Translations under genes and position numbers: made by a program
Assembly: GCA_036676395.1 (NCBI GenBank)
Contig: JAKFCY010000002.1
Span: forward strand, 2,240,001 to 2,304,000
From: Bdellovibrio sp.
GTDB taxonomy: Bacteria; Bdellovibrionota; Bdellovibrionia; Bdellovibrionales; Bdellovibrionaceae
Length of the DNA: 64,000 nucleotides
Direction of reading: 5' to 3'
Part shown: piece after piece, positions 8,592 to 16,819 of the stretch
Position numbering within the stretch: the first letter of the stretch is position 1
Layout: the number at the start of each line of letters is the position of its first letter
Notes under the pieces: generated by a model
Seen by the model: only the letters and a program-made list of their open reading frames with translations
Told to the model about the DNA's origin: nothing
Database searches by the model: none

Positions 8592-9998
8592 TTATTGTGC
8601 GGTCTTTCTTGCGCGTGTTTGGATAAAAAACCAAACAGTACCCAGTGATAAAAGTAACGAACCTAAATATTTAATCCAGCGACCAGGATCAAGATTTACC
8701 GACAAAACTGAGGCTGTTGGCTCACCGGTCTTATCGTCTTGATTAAAGCTGGCTTGATAAAATGTGTACCCTGCGTATTTCATCGGTTCATTCATTGCAA
8801 TTACCCCAGAAACAGGTGATGTACCTTCAGGCGGAACGATTTCGACAGAACTTGAGTAAGTTCTGGCTTTTTGAGTTCCATTATAATGGGTCATTTCAAA
8901 CTTTTTCAAATAAACTGGAAATCCAATATCAATGCGGCGGTTTTGAAAACTGAATAAAAACGCTTTGTTTTCACCGAAAAGTTTAATCACATCATTTAAT
9001 AAGGTCCATTGTGTTTTTTCGCCAAACTGAATTAATAAAGCCGGGCTTGTTAGTGGTGTTGGTCGTTTAATTTCAACCGCATCCCATTCTTCAGTGGCTT
9101 GCGGAAGATAGTCTAATACACGAATTTCTAAACCCATCCAGCCTGTGACAATCATGTCGCCGATTTTTATTACGCCTGTTTTAAACGGTTTCACTTCTTC
9201 TTTATGATAAAGTTCGTAAAAAAGTTCTGAATCGTTTTTAACATTAAAATACATTTCATTTGTTGAACGGTCTTTGCGGCCATTGTCTTTAATGCTATGG
9301 CCAAGAACTACTTTTAAAGGACCAAAATTCACATCAGCTGAGTTAGTTTTACTTGGTTGAGTTAACGTTTCAACTTGCTGAACATTGGCGTTTTGCAATT
9401 GGAATTTGACTGAAGCGCCGACATTTACATCTGTCGACTTTTTCAATTTTTTACTAACCTGGGCATATTTAAGATATTTTTTTATCGTGATTTCATCGCT
9501 TCCCAATTGAACTTTGAAAGGCTTTTCTTCCGTCGGCGGATGCATGAAAAAATCCACTTCGTTTTCATAAACTTTTGTGTAGCGATCACCGCCAAAAGTA
9601 GCGTAAACGACAACATCGGTTTGCGCCACAGACACATAATTATTTTTTCCATTAATCGGAAGCACCAATGAACCGTCAAGACCATACTTTTGTGTGACAT
9701 AGCCACCCACAATGATGAGAATAATTCCGATGTGCACGACCAGAAACGGCGCATGCCGCTTCTTCCACGGCATACGATCAACCATCACTATCGTCAGATT
9801 GTAAACCAACAAACCCATGGTCAAATACATCATCCAGCTATGGTAAACTAACTTTCCAGCAGCGAAAGCATCATATTGTGACTCAACGATTGTGCCCCAC
9901 GTGATTAAACAAGTGAGTGTCACTAGAACGGGAATACCTAATTGAAATGATGTAGAAAATCTCCAGAACTTCTGCATCAAAGGGTTTTTAAATCTCAT
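8592..9998 (-). CDS. resB: Cytochrome c biogenesis system II protein ResB/CcsB
   Basis: GTIVES, VHIGI heme-ligand helix, MNEPMKYAGYTFYQASF, DPG..IKYLG. Confidence 0.85.
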   Translation of the reverse strand: MRFKNPLMQKFWRFSTSFQLGIPVLVTLTCLITWGTIVESQYDAFAAGKLVYHSWMMYLTMGLLVYNLTIVMVDRMPWKKRHAPFLVVHIGIILIIVGGYVTQKYGLDGSLVLPINGKNNYVSVAQTDVVVYATFGGDRYTKVYENEVDFFMHPPTEEKPFKVQLGSDEITIKKYLKYAQVSKKLKKSTDVNVGASVKFQLQNANVQQVETLTQPSKTNSADVNFGPLKVVLGHSIKDNGRKDRSTNEMYFNVKNDSELFYELYHKEEVKPFKTGVIKIGDMIVTGWMGLEIRVLDYLPQATEEWDAVEIKRPTPLTSPALLIQFGEKTQWTLLNDVIKLFGENKAFLFSFQNRRIDIGFPVYLKKFEMTHYNGTQKARTYSSSVEIVPPEGTSPVSGVIAMNEPMKYAGYTFYQASFNQDDKTGEPTASVLSVNLDPGRWIKYLGSLLLSLGTVWFFIQTRARKTAQ

Positions 9999-10006
9999 AC
10001 GTACTT

Positions 10007-11734
10007 CTATCTCTCCATTAATAGTGAAATTTGCCTAATAAATTCATCAATAAAGTTTACATTTGTGTTAACCGAATTAAAAAAAGGATTCATTGTTGTT
10101 AGGCGTATCAAAGTCAGTTCTTTTTGATCGACAGAAATATTAAAACTTTTATTAAAGTGATCTAACACGCTTTCATGGCTTTCTGATATCAACGTTTTAG
10201 AAATGTAAAAAACATCTTTGTCTTCAGCAAGTATTTTGTCTTGAAATTTTTTAATCACGTTTTTTGTTTGTTCATTGATCTCGCTCAGGCATTGCCCGCG
10301 CTGGCCAATGGCGAAGCACAAAATATTTGTCATTTCACTTTCAATGATCAAAACTGGCAAACCACTATTTATAAGTTTTTCTTTTAAAAGATGACAGGTC
10401 TTAATTGTGCGAAGAATAATCTGACCATACCCCTGCTCATCAAAACCAATACATGACGAGGTCATATAGGTTGCCACCGCACCAGCGGCCGATCTGGAAC
10501 CTTCTAACGTATATGGACCGCGATCTTTTTGATTTTGAAAATCAACATAAGGAGCTTGTGTTTCTTGGATAAAGTAATCTTCAGCCGTTCGGCAAATAAA
10601 TGCCCCTGAAGAATATGGCACATAGCCAAGTTTATGCGGGTCAACAGTAATTGAAGTGCTATGGGCTAGTGCTGCTAAAGCTAATTTAATGTTTTCACCA
10701 ATTTCTTTGTCGTTCACAGATTTAATCGTGGCGAAAAAACCACCGTAAGCTGCATCAACGTGATGCCAAAACTGATAACCATATTCTTTTTTGAAATGAT
10801 CTAATATTGCTTGTGTTTCATGAATAGGATCAATGGTGCCAAACTCTGTCGAACCACATACACTATTCACAGAGACAATTGGAATTTGTTCTTGCAAACA
10901 TTTTTCTATTGCAGACTTCAACACTTTTATATCAATCTGCCCCCATTTATTCAGCGGAATTTGCCGAAGACCTTCTACACCAAAGCCAAAGTATTTAGCC
11001 GCTTTTGTCCAAGAATAGTGTTTACTGGCCGGTACAAACATAACCGCGCCGTTAAATTCGCTTTTAAACTGCTTTTCAATCCACCTTGCTAGCTGAATAT
11101 CAGAAAGCTCTGATATTTTTGTTTGTCCTTGCAACGACGTCAGTGACCGAACATAACTAGCGTCGTTAATACTTTTTTTTGAACCTGTATGTGATTGTAA
11201 ATTTAGAATCCATTTGCGTTTGGCTCGAACAACACTTTCAAAATTAGCCACTGTCCCGCCACTGGTAAAATGCCCGATAGCCTCACTGCTGTATCCGAAC
11301 ATTTTAACTAAAGCCTGAATGGCTTCATTTTCAATTTCGACACCAACACGTGAAGATTCTTTTGATACATTGTTTGGATTATGCAACAGACAAATTAAAT
11401 GACCAAGTAACGCAGGTAGCGATAATTCAGAAAACATGTGACCAATATATCGCGGAGAAAATTTTGGAATTTCATCAGAAAATCGCTGTGACAAGATATT
11501 GATCTGAGTACGAAAAAGTTCAATTTTTCTTTGAAACTCCGGGGCTGATTGATCTGGCTGCGAAATCGCGCCGCCGTCTAATGGAAAACGCTCTTTACGC
11601 CAGTTAATCCACGTTGAAAGTATATTATCGACTTCTTGTTTGAAAAAATTTGCGTTTTCAGCTTGAGGTCCTAAAAAAAAACTCTTTAACGCAATTTCAT
11701 CTGAAGAGCATGGTTTTATTAAATTTCTATTCAT
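10007..11734 (-). CDS. Group II PLP-dependent amino-acid decarboxylase (tyrosine-decarboxylase-like)
   Basis: PRYIGHM, SGGTVAN, HYSW.K, HVDAAYGG, DPHKLGYVPY, LEGSR. Confidence 0.88.
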   Translation of the reverse strand: MNRNLIKPCSSDEIALKSFFLGPQAENANFFKQEVDNILSTWINWRKERFPLDGGAISQPDQSAPEFQRKIELFRTQINILSQRFSDEIPKFSPRYIGHMFSELSLPALLGHLICLLHNPNNVSKESSRVGVEIENEAIQALVKMFGYSSEAIGHFTSGGTVANFESVVRAKRKWILNLQSHTGSKKSINDASYVRSLTSLQGQTKISELSDIQLARWIEKQFKSEFNGAVMFVPASKHYSWTKAAKYFGFGVEGLRQIPLNKWGQIDIKVLKSAIEKCLQEQIPIVSVNSVCGSTEFGTIDPIHETQAILDHFKKEYGYQFWHHVDAAYGGFFATIKSVNDKEIGENIKLALAALAHSTSITVDPHKLGYVPYSSGAFICRTAEDYFIQETQAPYVDFQNQKDRGPYTLEGSRSAAGAVATYMTSSCIGFDEQGYGQIILRTIKTCHLLKEKLINSGLPVLIIESEMTNILCFAIGQRGQCLSEINEQTKNVIKKFQDKILAEDKDVFYISKTLISESHESVLDHFNKSFNISVDQKELTLIRLTTMNPFFNSVNTNVNFIDEFIRQISLLMER

Positions 11735-11768
11735 ACAGTGATTTTAGACTTTGCAAATCACAGATTCA

Positions 11769-11782
11769 CTGATCTATATCAT
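11769..11782. promoter_or_regulatory. Crp/Fnr-family box for decarboxylase-resB
   Basis: CTGATCTATATCAT; minus-strand -10 TAAAAT (11746-11741); predicted +1 equals ATG at 11734. Confidence 0.75.
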
Positions 11783-11802
11783 ATTCGAGCACTATTATCC
11801 CT

Positions 11803-13020
11803 CTACCCATAATGTAATTTAAGTTTTTTCGCTAAAGCGATGTTTTGATCATAGATTTTGCTTAAACCAATTTTACCTAAGTAATTTCCTGCAAGATAAA
11901 TATTTTCTTTCGCTAAAGCCTCTGCGGTTTCTGGATAAGTCTCTAAAAAGTCTTGTAAGTGCTGATTATAGGCCGGAATGGCTTTCGGCCAACGCGTAAT
12001 ATGGCACTCTAATGGTTGTCCCTGCTGCGAAAAAAAACGCTGACGATCCATTAGAACATGTTGTTTTATCTGCTCATCACTAAACTGTTCTAAACTATGG
12101 CTAATTATCCAAGTCTCAGAAGGATTTGGCCCACAACTAGAAAAAATACAGGCATTGATCAAAACCCCCGCTGTAAAAAAATGTTCTTTCGGCGGAAACA
12201 AACAACCAAATCCTTGCAGCAACGGCTCTTCTTTAGCCCACACCAACGTAGCCTTGGTTACTGGCACTGCTTCAATCAGATTGAAGGTTTGAATATGAGG
12301 CACAAGTTTACATGCATCCCAAGCCGATGTAGCAATGACCACGATATCTTCTGGGGCTAAATTTAAATCTTTTAAATCCAGAATTTCTTGAAATTTAATT
12401 GCTACATTTTTTTCAGCTAGTCGTTGTTTTAACGCTAAAATTAATTCGCCCATTCCATTTCTAGGGGCATACGTTCCTGGTTTAAATTTTTTAGCTTTTT
12501 TGAATTCGTTCACTGCTTTAAAAGATTCGAGAACGGCTTTGGCATTTAAATATTTAGGTGCTAAGGCAAAAATACCCTGTACTGCCGCGCTTAAAATTAT
12601 ATCAGAAAAAGACTTTCCGAAAGACCGAACTCCCCATTGTTCTAAAGTTAAATCACGTGAAATCTTCTTATTTGAAAAAACTATTCTGCTAAGAAATTTA
12701 AAACTAGCAATTAACGATTGCATCGTTTCAAGAAAACTTAATGGCCAGCGACGAGGTTTATGATTGTGAAAAATAAATCGTTTTTTAGCCACGGATTCTG
12801 ACGGCTGAAATTCAACACTTAATTCTTTGGCCAAAGTTTCAAAACGAGGATTCCATAAAACGCTACTCGCAGCAGTTTCTCGTAAATGGGTCGAGGTGCG
12901 ATGTGACTGAATCAAGCCACCAACTTGGTTCTTTTCATAAACCATAATCTCGAACCCGGCTTTTTTCAATTCCCAAGCTAAAGTTAAACCTGAAAAGCCT
13001 GCACCTATTATATGAATCAT
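11803..13020 (-). CDS. hemY: Protoporphyrinogen/coproporphyrinogen oxidase (HemY/HemG FAD family)
   Basis: IIGAGFSGL FAD motif, GFGCLFP, RWPKAIP.Y, LAGNYLG; overlaps hemN stop. Confidence 0.8.
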   Translation of the reverse strand: MIHIIGAGFSGLTLAWELKKAGFEIMVYEKNQVGGLIQSHRTSTHLRETAASSVLWNPRFETLAKELSVEFQPSESVAKKRFIFHNHKPRRWPLSFLETMQSLIASFKFLSRIVFSNKKISRDLTLEQWGVRSFGKSFSDIILSAAVQGIFALAPKYLNAKAVLESFKAVNEFKKAKKFKPGTYAPRNGMGELILALKQRLAEKNVAIKFQEILDLKDLNLAPEDIVVIATSAWDACKLVPHIQTFNLIEAVPVTKATLVWAKEEPLLQGFGCLFPPKEHFFTAGVLINACIFSSCGPNPSETWIISHSLEQFSDEQIKQHVLMDRQRFFSQQGQPLECHITRWPKAIPAYNQHLQDFLETYPETAEALAKENIYLAGNYLGKIGLSKIYDQNIALAKKLKLHYG

Positions 13021-14363
13021 AGCGATTGTGAAAAAATACGCGTTTGCGGTTTACTGCGCTTCAAATGCTCGTCAAAAAAAATGCAAATATTGCGTAAGAA
13101 TGGTTTTCCATTTTCAGTTACTTTTACTTTATCACCTACTACAGTAACTAAATTATCCGAAATCATTTCTTTCAAAAAATTTGAAACCTGTTGTTTTTGT
13201 TCAGTTGTCATGACCACTTCATAAGTTGTCATTAAAGAAAGTATTTGCTGTCTGCGAATTACATCTTCATCATTTAAAACATGGCCACGTGTTGTAGGAA
13301 TCTGACCGGCCTCCAAAAGCTCTTGATATTTGGGCAGAATTTTTTCATTTTGATGAAAACTTTGAGGCGATTCAGATATTGAACTTACTCCTAAACCTAA
13401 CATGACATCTGACTTTTGATCGGTGTAACCCATAAAATTACGGTGCAACTGACCGTTCTTCATAGCAATAGCCAAAGCATCTTCAGGCAAAGCAAAATGA
13501 TCCATTCCCACCTCAACGTAACCAAAATTTAATAATTCTGTACGGGCATATTCATAAAGATCACGTTTATCTTTTCCGACCGGTAAGTCTTCGTCTTTAA
13601 ATAAACGCTGTGCCGGTTTAATCCATGGCACCAAAGCAAAACTGTATAAGGCAATACGATCCGGACGAAGTCTTTTCGTCTGTTCAACCGTATATTTCAT
13701 AGTTTCTAACGTTTGTTTTGCCAGCCCATAAATTAAATCATAATTCACCGAGGTATAGCCGATTTCTCGTGCAAAGCGTGTGATATTTTCTGTTTCTTCA
13801 ACAGTTTGCCGACGATTTACTAAACGTTGAATTTCTGGATTAAAATCTTGCACACCTAAACTGACACGGCGAAAGCCAAGGTTGTACAAAACTTCTAACT
13901 GTTCACGATTGGTCCTTCTTGGATCAACTTCGATTGAACCTTCAAAATATTCACCTCTATGACTGAATTCTAAAATCGGCGTTAATAATTCTTTCAAATG
14001 TTGCGCGGATAAAAAAGTAGGTGTTCCTCCACCTAAGTGAATACCCTGCAGCTGCGCCTTAGAGAATTCAGGTACATGTTTGCGATACAACTCCCATTCT
14101 TTAAGAACTGACTGCACATAAGGATCTTCTCTTTTATGATCTTTCGTAATGATATTATTACATCCGCAAAACGTGCACAGACTTTCACAGTATGGAACAT
14201 GAATGTACATCGACCATTGCTTTCCACTTTCATCTAAGCTGTTTCTTAGGTGTGAAAGCCATTGCTCTTGCGATGGTGATCCTGTCCAGTACGGGACTGT
14301 TGGGTAACTCGTGTATCGAGGTGCCGGAATATCGTACTTAGCAAAAAGTTGTGAATCATTCAT
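13017..14363 (-). CDS. hemN: Oxygen-independent coproporphyrinogen III oxidase
   Basis: PRYTSYPT, CESLCTFCGC, GGGTPT, GMDHFA, RNFMGY; start reassigned to ATG 14363 behind SD GAGG. Confidence 0.95.
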   Translation of the reverse strand: MNDSQLFAKYDIPAPRYTSYPTVPYWTGSPSQEQWLSHLRNSLDESGKQWSMYIHVPYCESLCTFCGCNNIITKDHKREDPYVQSVLKEWELYRKHVPEFSKAQLQGIHLGGGTPTFLSAQHLKELLTPILEFSHRGEYFEGSIEVDPRRTNREQLEVLYNLGFRRVSLGVQDFNPEIQRLVNRRQTVEETENITRFAREIGYTSVNYDLIYGLAKQTLETMKYTVEQTKRLRPDRIALYSFALVPWIKPAQRLFKDEDLPVGKDKRDLYEYARTELLNFGYVEVGMDHFALPEDALAIAMKNGQLHRNFMGYTDQKSDVMLGLGVSSISESPQSFHQNEKILPKYQELLEAGQIPTTRGHVLNDEDVIRRQQILSLMTTYEVVMTTEQKQQVSNFLKEMISDNLVTVVGDKVKVTENGKPFLRNICIFFDEHLKRSKPQTRIFSQSL

Positions 14364-14483
14364 GAAATACCTCATCTCTGATTTGTTAGCATGTTTGCAA
14401 CATAGCAAAGATTTTCAGTGAGTATGTCACAAGTTTGTCACCGCTCGAAAAAAAAGTTTTTATTTTTTGTATCGTAGCTTTTT

Positions 14484-15059
14484 TTAAATTAGCTCAGGTA
14501 ATGGCACCCAGTGTTCTAGAATTTCTTCGATTTCATGAGGAAGAAGCAAAGTCTGACAAATCATGAAAAAGCACTTTTCTTCTTTCTCATGATGTTTCTT
14601 AAATAAATCCTGCAAAACAACTAATCCCACCTGCCCAGTTAATTCCTCGTTTGATTTTAATAAAAAGGCATCTAACATCGTATTTAAAGAGGCATGCTCT
14701 TCTAACGGAATATCTAACGGAGATTTTTTTGCCTTAATATCTAACTGATGACGACAATACGTTAAATCCTTTTTAGCGTACTTTTTTGCGATTTCAGCGG
14801 GTGGATTGACAATATGTTCATCGAAGAAAAGTACACAAAATGGACCACCTTCTTTTAATCGTTCTTTATTAAGTAGTTTCTTATGAATAAGCAATTCTTC
14901 GTTGTATTGATGTTTTAAAATCGCATTATCTTTTAACCAACGCAGCTGAATAAGTGGTTGTGAAGATTGTAACAGCTCATTTAAACAAGTGTTAATAACC
15001 TGATGTTCGCGAAAAATTAATGCTCTTAGTAGGTCTATACTTAAACTGTCTTTTGACAT
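14484..15059 (-). CDS. Hemerythrin (HHE) domain protein
   Basis: REH, HQYNEE, EEH, HHEKEE di-iron ligand pattern. Confidence 0.65.
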   Translation of the reverse strand: MSKDSLSIDLLRALIFREHQVINTCLNELLQSSQPLIQLRWLKDNAILKHQYNEELLIHKKLLNKERLKEGGPFCVLFFDEHIVNPPAEIAKKYAKKDLTYCRHQLDIKAKKSPLDIPLEEHASLNTMLDAFLLKSNEELTGQVGLVVLQDLFKKHHEKEEKCFFMICQTLLLPHEIEEILEHWVPLPELI

Positions 15060-15715
15060 AATAAATATGAATGTAGTTTTTCTGTTATGATTGTTTTTTT
15101 CTTTTTTTTGATTATATAACCCATGTTTACAAAATCACTTAATGTTCGAATTACAGACTCTGTCGTCGTATTTAAAATTTCGCCCATTAATTTTCGCGTG
15201 ACGAAATCATGCTCTAACAAATGCTGCTTCGTTATTAAAAAATGTGCTACGCGTACCGCCACTGGCATTTTAGCTATCACACTAATTGTTTGTAAAAAAA
15301 ACATCCGTTTTTGAATTTGAGTAAAAAAGTACAAATTCAAATCTGGAAATTTCTGCAGCACATCTACCAAGGCACTGACCCTAATTTTAAGAACCTCACA
15401 TGGTGTAATCGTCGTTGCTGAAACTGGATATTTGGCTTTCGCCATGTCTGCTTGCAAAAGCCCTGCTCCCAAAGATTCACTTGGCTCGATGATATCTATA
15501 GTCTTTGAAGACTTTTGCAACAATGTGTATCCATCAAGGATTAAGTACGCGTCGGTTACAGTTTCACCTTCAGTGCAAACTTGGTAACGTGGTGGTAAGT
15601 TTTGCACTTGCCCGACTCGACATAGCTCATTCCAGGCCTTTGGAAGAATTCCTAGCGGTGGGACCTGTAAAGATAGACAACCTTTTGATAATTTAATTTG
15701 CTCACGTTGTTCCAT
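15041..15715 (-). CDS. Crp/Fnr family transcriptional regulator 2
   Basis: cNMP-like domain; HTH TRKLMGEILNTTTESVIRTLSDF. Confidence 0.88.
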   Translation of the reverse strand: MEQREQIKLSKGCLSLQVPPLGILPKAWNELCRVGQVQNLPPRYQVCTEGETVTDAYLILDGYTLLQKSSKTIDIIEPSESLGAGLLQADMAKAKYPVSATTITPCEVLKIRVSALVDVLQKFPDLNLYFFTQIQKRMFFLQTISVIAKMPVAVRVAHFLITKQHLLEHDFVTRKLMGEILNTTTESVIRTLSDFVNMGYIIKKKKKTIITEKLHSYLLCQKTV

Positions 15716-15749
15716 ATCATCACGCTAACCCATTAACATCGCACCCTTT

Positions 15750-15763
15750 ATGATTTAAATCAT
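15750..15763. promoter_or_regulatory. Crp/Fnr-family box shared by divergent nor operon and Crp/Fnr gene 2
   Basis: Perfect palindrome ATGATTTAAATCAT; -10 TAAGCT (+, 15786-15791) and TAGCGT (-, 15727-15722) placed symmetrically. Confidence 0.88.
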
Positions 15764-15817
15764 ACGCGCCTTAGATAGATTCATTTAAGCTGCAATCAAT
15801 TAGCACTAGGAGGAACA

Positions 15818-16111
15818 ATGTCACAGAACGTAATTTACGTTCCAACAATTATGGACGAATATAAAACAGGTCTTATTTTTGCCTTAATTGAAAGTCTAAA
15901 ATCGGGAAAATCACTCAAACTGGTTTGCGATAATCATCCATATGATTTCGAAGAGTTACTTAAAGAATCAGAGATCCCCAACATTAACTGGAGTACTGAA
16001 AAAACAGAGGCAAACTCTTGGCAGTTATCCATATCTAAACAACAAGACATCAATTCTGAAAAAGTTGGTTGCTGTGGCATGTGCGGTGGGCACGCAGATT
16101 CGAAAGGATAG
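15818..16111 (+). CDS. DUF2249/TusA-like small protein with Cys-rich tail
   Basis: L..GKSLKLVCDNHP...W....W.L.I pattern; C-terminal GCCGMCGGH; SD AGGAGG. Confidence 0.6.
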   Translation: MSQNVIYVPTIMDEYKTGLIFALIESLKSGKSLKLVCDNHPYDFEELLKESEIPNINWSTEKTEANSWQLSISKQQDINSEKVGCCGMCGGHADSKG

Positions 16112-16114
16112 TAA

Positions 16115-16819
16115 ATGCTTTCAAAATCACAAGCAAAAGCATTTTTCTTAGTTGGTACAATTGGCTTTTCGGTTATTTTTGTCGGCTTAACAGTTGATAC
16201 TTTTAATCGTATTCCTGATCAAACTAAACAAAATGAACTAACTGAAAGTGCAATTAAAGGTAAACATCTATTCGATAAAAAGAATTGCATGGGCTGCCAT
16301 ACAATTATGGGTGAAGGAGCCTACTACGCTCCCGAATTAACCAAAGTTTTTGAACGTCGTGGTGAAGCATTCATTCGTTCTATGCTTAAAAACCCAGAGC
16401 TAATGTATCCAGGTCAGCGCAAGATGACTAACTACAACTTTACCAATGAAGAAATTGATCATTTAGTTGCTTTCTTAAAATGGATTGGCGGAATGGATCT
16501 AAATGGTTTTCCGCCGAAACCAGACTTAGCAACAACTGCTGAACCACAATCACAAGCAGCCATCGAATCTGCCGTAAAAAAGCCCGCCATTTTTGACCAA
16601 ATGTGCGTGGCATGCCATGCCTTAGGAGGAAAAGGTGGTGTCGTTGGGCCCGCGCTTGATGGTGTTGGTAGTAGACGCGATTCTGAATTTTTAACAAAGT
16701 GGTTACATGATCCGTTACAAATTAAGGCTGATTCTAAGATGCCTAAACTACCTCTCTCAGAACAAGAAATTGCAGATTTAACTGCGTTTCTTGCTAGCCA
16801 AAAAGGAGCTGGCAAATGA
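16115..16819 (+). CDS. norC: Nitric oxide reductase cytochrome c subunit with an extra C-terminal heme c domain
   Basis: TM anchor, CMGCHTIMGEGAYYAPELT; second CVACH...MP domain. Confidence 0.92.
   Translation: MLSKSQAKAFFLVGTIGFSVIFVGLTVDTFNRIPDQTKQNELTESAIKGKHLFDKKNCMGCHTIMGEGAYYAPELTKVFERRGEAFIRSMLKNPELMYPGQRKMTNYNFTNEEIDHLVAFLKWIGGMDLNGFPPKPDLATTAEPQSQAAIESAVKKPAIFDQMCVACHALGGKGGVVGPALDGVGSRRDSEFLTKWLHDPLQIKADSKMPKLPLSEQEIADLTAFLASQKGAGK

Noticed and set aside
14391..14403. ATGTT-TGC-AACAT palindrome upstream of hemN as a seventh regulon box
   Set aside because: Spacer is 3 rather than 4 nt and the core GA/TC is missing
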